Assembly (NCBI GenBank): GCA_965227515.1
Contig: CBDDFZ010000002.1
Span: forward strand, 352,001-416,000
Origin: Alphaproteobacteria bacterium
Lineage (GTDB): Bacteria; Pseudomonadota; Alphaproteobacteria; CALKHQ01
Length of the DNA stretch: 64,000 bases
Direction: 5' to 3'
Every line of letters starts with the position of its first letter. The stretch's first letter is position 1. Both the position numbers and the translations under genes were made by a program. Shown here in pieces: positions 43,916 to 56,885 of the stretch. The notes under the pieces were generated by a model. It saw only the letters and a list, made by a program, of their open reading frames with translations, did not search any database and was not told the origin of the DNA.

Positions 43916-44016
43916 GGGACGAACCTCGCTGGGGTGAGTCGGGCGGGACAGTTCAACAGCACAATGATCGTGGCGGCAACCGGTTCCCGGACCGTTTTAC
44001 GCGTGCGGTGCCGACG

Positions 44017-45984
<1,968 letters not shown>

Positions 45985-46004
<20 letters not shown>

Positions 46005-47199
46005 CGGTAATCAGCGGGGTGTCGGGTGTCAGGTCGCCGGAGACGATCTCGGTCCAGCGCCCATCGGTGAAGCCGGTGCGCACCTCCAGCGGGACCGGCG
46101 CGCCGCCCTCCAGCACCCACACGCGGCGCATGGCCGGGTCCAGCGGGTCCACCGGCGGCAGGTCGAAGCCCTGGTCCGGCGGCACGAAGCGCAACGCGCC
46201 GTTCGGCACCAGCAGCGCGTCGGCGCGCTCGGCGGTCACGATGTCGGCGGTCGCCGTCATGCCCGGCCGCAACAGCAGGTCCGGGTTGTCGACCGACAGC
46301 AGGGTCTCGTAGCTGACGACGCCCTGGTTCTCCTGCGGCGCATAGCGCACCAGCGTCAGCTCGGCGTCGAACAGCCGGTCGGGATAGGCGTCGACCGTGA
46401 AGGTCGCGGTCTGCTGCGCCCGCACCTGGCCGATGTCGGCCTCGTCGATGTCCAGGTGCAGCTCCATCTGGCTCAAGTCGCCGGCCAGCGTGAACAGCAC
46501 CGGCGCCTGGAAGCTGGCGGCCACGGTCTGCCCGACCTCCACATTGCGGGCGATGACGATGCCGTCGATGGGCGAGCGGATGACCGCCTTGCCCAGGGTT
46601 GTCAGGTCGACCTCCAGCGCGGCGGCGGCCACCTTCACCTGCGCCTCGGCACTGGCGACCGCGGCGGCGGCGCGGGCGGCGGCGGCAACCGCAGTGTCGC
46701 GCTCGTGCTGGGAGGAGATGCCGCGCGCCGCCAGCGTCTCCAGCCGGCGCGCGTTGGCGGCGGCTTCCTCGCGGGTGGCCTCGGCCTCGGCAACGGCGGC
46801 CTCGGCCTGCTCCAGCGCCGCCTGGGCCTGCAGCACCCGTGCCTCGAGCTGCTGGGTGTCGAGCCGCGCCAGCACCTGGCCGGCCACCACCGGGTCGTTG
46901 AAGTCCACCGCGACCTCGACGATCAGGCCAGAGATCTCGGCCCCGACATCGACCTGGTTCAACGGTTGCAAGGTGCCGGTCGCGGTGACCATCACGGTCA
47001 ATGTGCCGATGCGGCTGTCGGTGGTGCGGTATTCGATCGGCGCCGGTGGGCGGAACTGGGTCCAGTAGACGCCGGCCGCCACCGCCAGCAGCACCAGCGC
47101 GAGCAGAACCCAGCGCCACGGGCGCCGCCGGCGCGCCGCGCCGATGCCCAGGGTTTGCGAGATATCCTGGGCGATATCGCTGTCGAGCATCTGGTTCAT
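45985..47199 (-). CDS. MacA-like periplasmic adaptor (membrane fusion protein)
   Basis: N-terminal TM, ATG.L.P...V.VG...SG, Ala-rich hairpin, I.SPIDG.V, GQTVAASFQAP.LF, L.PGMTA. Confidence 0.92.
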
Positions 47200-47301
47200 G
47201 GCCGCTGGCCGCACCTTCCTCGGCGAGACAGGAGCCTACGGGCAAATCATCGAAAGGTGGCGGAAATCTGGCAGGTGCGCGCCCGTGCCGCGCTGCCGGG
47301 C

Positions 47302-48795
47302 TCAGGCGGCGAGGCTGTGCGAGACCGCCCTGATCGGCGCCACATAGGGCCAGGAGAACCGAAATGTCGCGCCGCGCTGACCGGTGGTGGAATCGATCCA
47401 GACCCGGCCGCCTTGCCTCTCGATCAGCTTGCGCACCAGTGCCAGGCCAATTCCCGTGCCTTCGGTTTCGTCCTTGCGCCGCAGCGTCTGGAACATCTCG
47501 AACACACGAGCCTGGTACTGCTCCGAAATGCCGGGACCATCGTCTCGCACGAACAGCTCGCAGCGATCGGTCCCGAACGTGCCGCCGAATGAGATCGTCC
47601 CATGGTCGCGGTCGTGGTGCTTCACGGCATTGGAGAACAGATTGGTCAAGACCTGCTGCAGCGGGATTCGGCAGGTATCGATCACCGGCAGGTCCTGCTC
47701 GATCTTGAAGGCCATACCTTTCGGCGGAGAAATCAGGTCGGCGATCTCAGCCGCCAGTGCGGCGACGTCCACCGGCTCGATCTCGTGGGCGATGCGCCCG
47801 GCCTGCGAAAACGCCAGCAGATCGGCCAACAGGTTCTCCATCCGTCGGATGCGATTCCTGAGCATTGCCAAATGTTGGCGCGCGTCCGACGGCAGTACGC
47901 TGCCGGCATCCTCCTCGATCCACTCCGCCAGTTGGTCGATGCCCCGCAAGGGCGAACGCAAGTCGTGCGAGGCAACATATGCAAACTGCTCGAGATCCTG
48001 GTTCGAGCGCCGCAGATCGTCCGCGATCTGGTTCAGCTCGGAGTCGCGCTTGCGCAACTCGTCCGCCGCCGCGCGTTCCGCGACGATTGACCCGCGCAAT
48101 TCTTGACGCGTCCGGTCGACCTGGCGCGCTAGGTCGCCGATCTCATCGCGTATTGCCGAAGTGATCGGCGTGTCGAGATCGCCCCGGCCCATCTTGTCGA
48201 CCGATCCGGCGAGCCGCAGGACCGGGTAAAGAACGTTGTGATACGACGTCCACACCAGAACGCCGACGGCTGCCACCGACACCACCGCAAGCGCGATCAA
48301 GCATGCCGTCAGCCACCACTCGCTGCTGGCCGCCGCCGCGGTGCGTTCCTGCAGATGCTTGTCGGCCAGCGTCATTGCGGCCGACGCCTCTGCCAGCAGG
48401 CGGGCGGCGAGGATGCGCTGCGCGCGTTGGGTGCCGTCATTCGCGAGCGTGTCAGGCAGGGCGACGAGTTGGTCGTAGGCAATGACCATCTGGGCCAGGC
48501 GCGATTCCAATTCCGTCAGGTGTGGGGCATCGTCGCGAGGAGTCGCGGCGAGCTGGTCGACGAGCGACTGATGGCGGGTGCGCCACTGGCCGACCACGCG
48601 CGCGCTTCGATGTACCAGATACTCGCCGGACAGCGAGTTCAGCTCGAACAGCCCGCGTTGGAGGTCGTATGCCCGGTCACGGCTGGACTCCATCAGCGCG
48701 CGGTCACGAAATGCCAGGGATGCCGCCAATGTGCAGGCGATCAACAGCAGTGCAAAGACCGCCAGGATCAGGCCAACTCTGGTGCCAATGCGCAT
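47302..48795 (-). CDS. Membrane sensor histidine kinase (TM-periplasmic-TM-HAMP-HisKA-HATPase)
   Basis: DEIG.LA HAMP, FAYVASHDLRSPL H-box, NL.SNAVKH, DDGPGI, GTGIGLA. Confidence 0.92.
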   Translation of the reverse strand: MRIGTRVGLILAVFALLLIACTLAASLAFRDRALMESSRDRAYDLQRGLFELNSLSGEYLVHRSARVVGQWRTRHQSLVDQLAATPRDDAPHLTELESRLAQMVIAYDQLVALPDTLANDGTQRAQRILAARLLAEASAAMTLADKHLQERTAAAASSEWWLTACLIALAVVSVAAVGVLVWTSYHNVLYPVLRLAGSVDKMGRGDLDTPITSAIRDEIGDLARQVDRTRQELRGSIVAERAAADELRKRDSELNQIADDLRRSNQDLEQFAYVASHDLRSPLRGIDQLAEWIEEDAGSVLPSDARQHLAMLRNRIRRMENLLADLLAFSQAGRIAHEIEPVDVAALAAEIADLISPPKGMAFKIEQDLPVIDTCRIPLQQVLTNLFSNAVKHHDRDHGTISFGGTFGTDRCELFVRDDGPGISEQYQARVFEMFQTLRRKDETEGTGIGLALVRKLIERQGGRVWIDSTTGQRGATFRFSWPYVAPIRAVSHSLAA

Positions 48796-48810
48796 GGGGT
48801 CGGCTGGCGC

Positions 48811-49776
48811 CTAGCGGATGATGCCGACGTCAGCCGCACTGACGGCCTCGAGCGGCGCGATGAAAATGGCCTCGATCACGTTTGGAACCTCACCGATATC
48901 GGTCAGGCCTTCGATCATGCGCCAATTTATGCCTTCCTCGATCACGAACAGCAGATCCTGTGGCAGGCTGACCCGCAGGGTATGTTGCGGCCAAAGATGA
49001 CGCATGTAGTCGTCGTCCAGGCCGAACCGCGCCTGATAGATGTCTCGCGCCGCGTCGGGATTGTCGATCGCGAATTCCTCCGCCCGTTTCAGTGCCGCGA
49101 CGATCTCTGTCGAGACATCCAGATTGGCGCTCAACCAGTCGACCCGTCCGACAAGCAGGAAATAGTAGAAGCGGCCATCGTTGCCGGGCACGTCGACGTA
49201 CTCGTCGCCGAGCGCAATTTGAGCGCGGTAGACCGACGGCTCCCAGGTGATCGCCGCATCGATGGTGCCCTCATCGATGGCCGAGACCAGCTCCGACGGG
49301 CTGAGGTCAACGATCTCGACGGTCGCCGGGTCGACCTGGGACAGCACCAAGGCCTGACCGAGAAAATACTGCCCTATGCTGCGGTATGTGACGCCGACAC
49401 GCATTCCCGACAGGTCGGCGATGGTCTGAATGCCGCTGTCCGCCCGGGCGAACAGGCGGCAGGTTCGCGATGCGGACAGCGCGGCCACAACGCGCAGGTC
49501 CCGATCTTGCAGATAGTAGCTGCCGAACGCGAACTCCGAACTGGTGGAGAACTGGATCTCGCCGGCTGCCAGCGCTGCCGCACTGTGTGTGCCGGACTCG
49601 AACTCACGAACCTCGACGCCGCCCTCGATATCGTCGAAATAGCCGAGCTCGTCGGCGATCCAGACCAGGATGCCAGTTGGCGTGGCACCCAGAACCGTAT
49701 CGTTCGCAGTCGCGCTGCCGGTAGCCATGGTCGCGGCCAGCAACGTCGCCGCAACGCCTATGGAAGTGAATTTCAT
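48811..49776 (-). CDS. SsuA/NMT1/THI5-like periplasmic solute-binding protein
   Basis: Signal peptide, WIA.E.GYF, I....DL.G..VG, G.IDA...WEP, A.....NP..A. Confidence 0.82.
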   Translation of the reverse strand: MKFTSIGVAATLLAATMATGSATANDTVLGATPTGILVWIADELGYFDDIEGGVEVREFESGTHSAAALAAGEIQFSTSSEFAFGSYYLQDRDLRVVAALSASRTCRLFARADSGIQTIADLSGMRVGVTYRSIGQYFLGQALVLSQVDPATVEIVDLSPSELVSAIDEGTIDAAITWEPSVYRAQIALGDEYVDVPGNDGRFYYFLLVGRVDWLSANLDVSTEIVAALKRAEEFAIDNPDAARDIYQARFGLDDDYMRHLWPQHTLRVSLPQDLLFVIEEGINWRMIEGLTDIGEVPNVIEAIFIAPLEAVSAADVGIIR

Positions 49777-49932
49777 GCAGAAAGCCCTCCGCATACACCC
49801 CCAATTGGCGAATAAAAACAAATCGGCGCCTGATCTAGCAAACCATTCTTGCAAACACGTTACTGTCGTCCGCCGTCGCGCTGCCCAGGGGCGGCGCGGA
49901 ATGCAGCGCGAGCTGATAATGATTTTGAGCGC

Positions 49933-49962
49933 AAAAAAAGAGCCGGGGACGTGCCCCGGCTC
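49933..49962 (-). terminator. Intrinsic terminator of the cox operon
   Basis: GAGCCGGGG/CCCCGGCTC stem with a 7-U tract on the minus strand, just after coxM. Confidence 0.88.
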
Positions 49963-49989
49963 CTCGTTCAGAACATTGGTGTCGCGGCG

Positions 49990-50784
49990 CTAGCCGGCGG
50001 CGGCCACCGCACGCTTGGCCATCACGCCGACCAGATGGGCGCGGTAGGCGGCGGTTGCGTGGATGTCGCTGTTCAGGCCATCGGCACCGACGCTGACGCC
50101 ATCCAGCGCGCCGGCCGAGAAGTTGCCCGACAGGGCGCTTTCCATATCGGGCGCGCGGAACACGCTGGGCCCGGCACCGGTCACCGCCACGCGGACGCCG
50201 CCGCCGGTCTGGGCGACGAACACGCCGACCAGGGCGTAGCGCGACGCCGGGTTGGCGAACTTGGCGTAGCCCGCCTTCTGCGCCTTCGGAAAGCTCACCG
50301 ACGTGATGATCTCGCCTTCTTCCAACGCGGTCTCGAACATGCCGGTGAAGAAGTCGTCGGCGGCAATCTCGCGCTGGTTGGTCTTGATCGTGGCGCCGAG
50401 CGCGACCACGGCGGCGGGATAGTCGGCCGCCGGATCGTTGTTGGCGATGGAGCCGCCGATGGTGCCGCGATTGCGCACCGCCGGGTCGCCGATGCCACCG
50501 GCGAGCTTGGCCAGCGCCGGGATCGCCGACTGCACGTCCGACGATGCCGCCACGGCGGCGTGCGTCGTCATCGCGCCGATCTCGACACTGTCGCCGCTAA
50601 CCGAGATGCCGGCGAGGTCGCCGACGCCGCCCAGATCGACCAGATCGGACGGGCTGGCCAGCCGCTGCTTCATGGTCGGGATCAGGGTCATGCCGCCCGC
50701 GACCAGGGTGCCGTCGTCGGCGCTGCCCAGGGCCGCTGCGGCCTCGGCTACCGAAGACGGCCGGTGATATGCGAATTGATACAT
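49990..50784 (-). CDS. coxM: Molybdenum hydroxylase FAD-binding subunit (CoxM-like)
   Basis: F.YHRP, AGG.TLIP.MK.RLA.P, IGD..VRNRGTIGGS.ANNDP.AD.P. Confidence 0.82.
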   Translation of the reverse strand: MYQFAYHRPSSVAEAAAALGSADDGTLVAGGMTLIPTMKQRLASPSDLVDLGGVGDLAGISVSGDSVEIGAMTTHAAVAASSDVQSAIPALAKLAGGIGDPAVRNRGTIGGSIANNDPAADYPAAVVALGATIKTNQREIAADDFFTGMFETALEEGEIITSVSFPKAQKAGYAKFANPASRYALVGVFVAQTGGGVRVAVTGAGPSVFRAPDMESALSGNFSAGALDGVSVGADGLNSDIHATAAYRAHLVGVMAKRAVAAAG

Positions 50785-50809
50785 TGGAGTTTCTCCCTAG
50801 TCCTCGGGC

Positions 50810-53181
50810 CTATTCGGCAGCCATCGGCTGCTTGGCGTCCTGAATCGCCTGCCACACCCGCTGCGGGGTGGCCGGCATGGCGATATCGCTGACGCCCAGG
50901 GACGACAGCGCGTCGAGCACGGCATTGATCACCGCCGGCGGCGAACCGATGGCGCCGGTCTCGCCGACACCCTTCACTTCCAGCGGGTTGGACGCGCCCA
51001 GCACCTCGTAGGTCTTGCTGTTGTACGAGGGCAGGTCGTCGGCGCGCGGCATGGTGTAGTCCATGTACGAGCCGGTGACCAACTGGCCGTCGCCATCGAA
51101 CACGCACTCTTCCAGCAACGCCTGGCCGATGCCCTGGGTCAGGCCGCCATGGGTCTGGCCCTCGACGATCATCGGGTTCAGCACCCGGCCGACATCGTCG
51201 ACCGAGGTCAGCGCAACCACATCGACCACGCCGGTGTCGGGATCGACCTCGACCTCGCAGATGTGGCAGCCGCCGGGGAACGAGAAGTTCAGCGGGTCGT
51301 AGAACGCCTTCTCCTCAAGCCCGGGCTCCAACTCCTCGATCGGGTAGTTGTGGGGCACGTAGGCCGCCAGCGACACCTCGCCGAACGCCACAGACTTGTC
51401 GGTGCCGGCAACGGTGAACTGGCCGTCCTTGAACTCGATGTCGGCGACCGCGGCTTCCATCAGGTGGGCCGCGATCTTCTTCGCCTTGTCGACGACCTTG
51501 TCGAGCGCCTTGGCGATGGCCGCACCGCCGACCGGGGCGGAGCGGGAGCCGTAGGTGCCCATGCCGAACTGGATCTCGTCGGTATCGCCGTGGACGATCT
51601 CGACGTTCTCCAGCGGAATGCCCAGCATCTCGTGCACCAACTGCGCGAACACCGTCTCGTGGCCCTGGCCGTGGCTGTGCAGCCCGGTCAGCACCGAGAC
51701 CATGCCGGTCGGATGCACGCGGATGGTCGCCGACTCATAGAGCCCGGCGCGGGCGCCGAGCGAGCCGACCACCGCCGACGGCGCGATGCCGCAGGCCTCG
51801 ACATAGGTCGAGATGCCGATGCCCCGGAGCTTGCCGTTGGCCTCCGACTGCGCGCGCCGTTGGCCGAACTCCGACCACTTGGCTTCCGCGAGCGCCGCGT
51901 CGAACACCGCCGGGTAGTTGCCGACGTCGTACTGCAACGCCACCGGCGTCTGGTACGGGAACTGGTCGGGCTGGATCATGTTCTTCTTGCGCAGCTCGAC
52001 CTGGTCGATCCCGGTCTGCAGCGCGGCCTTGGTGACCAGACGCTCCAGCAGGTAGGTCGCCTCCGGCCGCCCCGCGCCGCGATAGGCATCCACCGGCACC
52101 GTGTGGGTGAACACCGCCTTGACGCCGCAATAGATCAGCGGGGTGGTGTACACGCCGGCCAGCAGCGTGGCGTAGAGGTAGGTCGGAATGCACGGCGCGA
52201 ACGTGGACAGATAGGCGCCCATGTTGGCGAGCGTGTCGACCCGAAGCGCCAGGAACTTGCCGTCGGCATCCAGCGCCAGGTCGGCGTGGGAGATGTGGTC
52301 GCGCCCGTGGGCGTCGGTCATGAACGATTCCGACCGGTCCGCCGTCCACTTGATCGGGCGGCCCACCTTGGCCGACGCCCAGGTGACCAGCGCCTCCTCG
52401 GCGTAGTGGTAGATCTTGGAGCCGAAACCGCCACCCACATCGGGCGCCACCACGCGCAGCTTGTGCTCCGGAATGGAGAGCACGAACGCACCCATCAGCA
52501 GGCGGATGACGTGCGGGTTCTGGCTGGTGGTGTAGAGCGTGTACTTGCCGTTGGAGCTGTCGTACTCGCCGATCGCGGCGCGCGGCTCGATCGCATTCGG
52601 GATCAGCCGGTTCTGCACCAGATCGATGGACACCACGTGGGCGGCACCGTCGAACGCGGCATCCACCTCGGCCTTGTCGCCCAGCTCCCAGTCGTAGCAG
52701 AGGTTGTCGCCCAGGCTGTCGTGCACCTTGGCAGCACCCGCATTCATCGCCTCGCCGAGCGCGGTCGACGACGGCAGGACTTCGTAGTCGATCTCCACCT
52801 GCTCGGCGGCGTCACGGGCGATCTCCCGGGTCTCCGCCACCACCATGGCGACCTGGTCGCCGACATGGCGCACGAAGTCGGCCACCAGCATCGGATGCGG
52901 CGGCTCGTTCATCGGGCTGCCGTCCTTGTTGTTGACCTGCCAACCGCAGGGCAGCCCGCCCAGGCCCTCTACGTCCGCGCCGGTGAACACCTCAAGCACG
53001 CCGTCCATCGCCTTGGCGGCGCTGGTATCGACGCTCTTGATCCGCGCGTGGGCGTGCGGGGAGCGAATGATGTAGGCGTAGGTCTGCCCGGGTCGATTGA
53101 TATCGTCGGTGTAGCGGCCCTTGCCGGTGAGAAAGCGGGGATCCTCGAGCCGGGGAACCCGCGCTCCGATACCCTGGGAGG

Positions 53182-53185
<4 letters not shown>
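50810..53185 (-). CDS. coxL: Molybdenum hydroxylase large subunit (form II CoxL-like)
   Basis: [47 protein letters not shown]. Confidence 0.85.
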
Positions 53186-53655
<470 letters not shown>

Positions 53656-53929
53656 TCGCTCCTCCCGCTACGCAATCGCCATTCCGTCGGCGAATTTGAA
53701 AAACACGTTTCCCGGCGCGACTGGAATCGCCCCGTTCGGCCCCCGTCGGGCAATGCGCCTACTCTGTCCGGCATGCTCGGCAAGGTCAAGCGGGCGCAAG
53801 GCCGCAGCGCCGGTTTTTGGCGCGATTGCGCGTGGAATCGTTTGCACGCATTCACCGCCGGCGCGCACAAAAACAACCCCCGGCACAATGGCCGGGGGTG
53901 ATGCTAGATTTCGATGCCTGGGGGCGTGC

Positions 53930-54694
53930 CTACCAGTTGCGGTAGGGGCCGGTGTCCAGGTGCACGAAGCCGGAGCCGGGATAGATGCCGATGCCGCCGG
54001 TGCGCATCGAATTGGCCGCCGCGCGGATCGCCTGCGGGCTGCGCCCGGCGATGCGGATATCGGCCGCCTGTCCGACGATGTGGAAGCTGTTGCGCGCCAC
54101 CCGGCTGGAGGTCTGGCGCAGCATGGCGTTGGTCGCCGCCGACCGGTAGCCCGAGATGATCTGGATGGTCTGGCGGGTGTCGAGCACCTTCAGCACCGAA
54201 TACAGGATGTTGATCAGGTTCGGATCGATGCGCCGCACCTCGTTGTTGCGGCGGTCACGGAACAGGTAGTTGATCTGCTGCAGCGAGCTTTGCACGAACC
54301 CGCCGTCGCGGAAGAACACGCCGCTGAAGACGTCGCCGCGCCGGTTGTCGAGCACGATGTAGCGCTCGCCGGCCGAATGCGGGATCAGCCGCGCCGCCGA
54401 CTGCGTCGGATCGAACTGCGGCGCATTGGGGTCCGGGTTCTCGTAGAGCGCATACTCGGCGCGCCGCGCCGCGGATGTGTTCACGGTTTCCGCCTGCTGG
54501 AGCATCATCGACTGACGCCAGTCGAAAATCTCGTCGGTCGGCATGACGCCGAAAGCAGCCGAAGCCGGTCCCGATGTCGCTGCCAGCGCGGCCGCCCCGG
54601 CCCCGGTGGCCGCCGCCTGGGTAAGGAAAGTCCGGCGTGATTTCAATTGGGAGCGATTTCGCTCGACCTTGCCCGAACCGTCCGTGTCGTTCAT
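53930..54694 (-). CDS. YcbK/DUF882 (peptidase M15, MepK-like) Tat-exported protein
   Basis: SRRTFL Tat motif, RD.R.N....ID..L, ISGYRS..TN.ML, S.H..G.A.D, GG.G.Y..S.FVH.DTG..R.W; start uncertain (54694, 54715 or 54748). Confidence 0.88.
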   Translation of the reverse strand: MNDTDGSGKVERNRSQLKSRRTFLTQAAATGAGAAALAATSGPASAAFGVMPTDEIFDWRQSMMLQQAETVNTSAARRAEYALYENPDPNAPQFDPTQSAARLIPHSAGERYIVLDNRRGDVFSGVFFRDGGFVQSSLQQINYLFRDRRNNEVRRIDPNLINILYSVLKVLDTRQTIQIISGYRSAATNAMLRQTSSRVARNSFHIVGQAADIRIAGRSPQAIRAAANSMRTGGIGIYPGSGFVHLDTGPYRNW

Positions 54695-54965
54695 GCGCGC
54701 AATCCTTTCGCCCATCTGACCCAGATCGGCCTCCGGCGCATTTGCCATGGAGACCGAATCACCCCACCGCGCCAACGTTTACAGCGCCAATGGCCTGTAT
54801 TTCAATTTGAATCTGGTAAGGATTTGTGACGGTTCCCCCGGACCGGTGATGCACATTAGATGCATTCTCAGGACGCTGCAAGCAGCCCGCCACAATTGTT
54901 GCGCAATTGGGGCGCAAACGTCCCTCGGGTGCGCAAAATCAGGGACGACCAGGCAGGAGGTTGCC

Positions 54966-56792
54966 ATGACGCAGCACGACGAATCGCGACACGACGACGT
55001 CATAACGCAGCGACACGGTTCGCAATCCATTCACCAACGCATTCGCGCCGGCGTGGTTGCCGCCATTCTGGCGACCGCCGGCATGTCCGCCAGCATCCCC
55101 GGGGCGGCATGGGCCGACTTCGAGGACGGCATGGCGGCCTACGAAGCGCAGGACTACGCCACTGCCCTTCAGGAATGGGAAGGCCCGGCCGAGGCCGGCG
55201 ATGCCGCGGCGCAGTACTGGCTGGGCCGGCTGTACCAGGAAGGGCTTGGTGTGCCGCGCAGCCTGCCGCGCGCCGCGATGTGGTACCGGCTGGCGGCCGG
55301 CCAGGATCTGGACGGCGCGCAGGACGCGCTGGACGGCGTGCTGACCGCGCTGCGCAACCGCGAGACCGGCGGCAGCGCCCCCAATCCCGCGGGCTCGGGC
55401 GGCGCCAACCCGCCGCAACCGCAAATCGCCGATGCCGATGGCGCCGATCAGCCGGGCATTCCCGGGCAGTCGCCGGACCGGGTTGCGGACGCAGGTGGCG
55501 GACCCGGCGTTTCGCCTGACCGAGTCGGCATCGATGCCGGCGATGTCGGCGTGGCGCCGGACCGGACCGGGGTGCCTGGCGTTGATGGCGTTCCGGGCGT
55601 GGATGTGGACGCCACCGCGGACGTGGACGTGGCCGCCGCGCCGGATCGCGATGGACCGGGCGGGCCTGGTGACGAGGACGGAAACGGCTACGGCGATGGC
55701 CCAGGGAACGGCATCGGCGATGGCCTTGGGGACGGGGTAGGCGACGGATATGGCGACGGCGTTGCCGATGCCACCGGCGTGGGCGACCTGGATGCCGTGG
55801 TCGATGAGCTGGCGGCGGGCGATGTTGATGGCGCGGTCGATGCCGCCCTCGACGCCGTTGCGGACGCGGTGCTGGACGATGTCGACGACATCGAGGTGGC
55901 GGACCTCTCCGACCCCGCCAACGAGGCCAACGAGGACGTGGCGGCAATCGACCCGCTGCTCGATCCGCTGGCCGAGGATACGGTCATCGAAGACCTCGCC
56001 GCGCTCGACGACGACCTCGTTGTCGACGATGTGGCCCTGGATGACGTGGCCGTGGACGATGTTGCGCTCGAGGACGACCTCGTCGTCGACGATGTGGCCC
56101 TGGATGATGTGGCAATCGATGACGTCGTTCTTGACGAGGATCTGGTCGACGACGTGGTCGAGGATGCCATCGGCGACCTCGCCGCCGTCGATCCCGATGC
56201 GCTGGTGGACGATCCTTATGCCGAGGATGTGGTCGAGGACCTGACCGATGAGGCGGTCGAGGACGCAGCCGCCGAGGATGGCGGCTTCGTCGACGACCTG
56301 TTCGGCGAGGACGGGCTGCTGGGCGACGGGTTGTTCGGCGAGGACGGCATCGGCGACGGGCTGTTCGGCGACGCGCCGGCACTGGACGAACTGCTCGAAG
56401 ACGGGGTCATCGACGCCGAGGAAATCGCCGACCTGGCGGAGGCCGGCATCCTGAACGAGGCCATGGTCGACGACATGCTGGCCGACGGTACGCTGACGCC
56501 CGAGGCGCTGGCCGATCTGGTCGACGCCGGGGTGCTGGATGAGGCGGCCCTGGACGAACTGGTCGCGCAGGGCCTGATCGACGAGGGCTTCATCGACGAG
56601 GCGGTCGAGCTTGCCGAGCTGGGCGATGTCGACCCGCAACTCGCCGGGCTGCCGGACGCCCCGGTGCTTGACGGTGCCGATGTCGGCGGCGTGCTGGATG
56701 CCGACGTGGCCGGTGTCGGCCAGGTCGAAGGTGTCGTCGATGCCATTGCGACCGACGAGCCGCCGCGCCGGCTGATCACGGCCCGGCAGTAG
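54966..56792 (+). CDS. Secreted Sel1-repeat protein with a long acidic low-complexity tail
   Basis: AGGAGG RBS, signal peptide ending AWA, DF..G..AY...DY..A...W...AE.G...AQ..LG.LY..G.GV......A..WY..AA Sel1 pattern, then Gly/Pro-rich and Asp/Val-rich repeats. Confidence 0.82.
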   Translation: MTQHDESRHDDVITQRHGSQSIHQRIRAGVVAAILATAGMSASIPGAAWADFEDGMAAYEAQDYATALQEWEGPAEAGDAAAQYWLGRLYQEGLGVPRSLPRAAMWYRLAAGQDLDGAQDALDGVLTALRNRETGGSAPNPAGSGGANPPQPQIADADGADQPGIPGQSPDRVADAGGGPGVSPDRVGIDAGDVGVAPDRTGVPGVDGVPGVDVDATADVDVAAAPDRDGPGGPGDEDGNGYGDGPGNGIGDGLGDGVGDGYGDGVADATGVGDLDAVVDELAAGDVDGAVDAALDAVADAVLDDVDDIEVADLSDPANEANEDVAAIDPLLDPLAEDTVIEDLAALDDDLVVDDVALDDVAVDDVALEDDLVVDDVALDDVAIDDVVLDEDLVDDVVEDAIGDLAAVDPDALVDDPYAEDVVEDLTDEAVEDAAAEDGGFVDDLFGEDGLLGDGLFGEDGIGDGLFGDAPALDELLEDGVIDAEEIADLAEAGILNEAMVDDMLADGTLTPEALADLVDAGVLDEAALDELVAQGLIDEGFIDEAVELAELGDVDPQLAGLPDAPVLDGADVGGVLDADVAGVGQVEGVVDAIATDEPPRRLITARQ

Positions 56793-56885
56793 ATACGGGT
56801 GGCACTCGGGCGGAGGTTTGCTACGCCCGGGTGCCCCTGGAAACAGGCAATTCCCATCGCCGGGGCGCCCTGATACCTATGGGCG

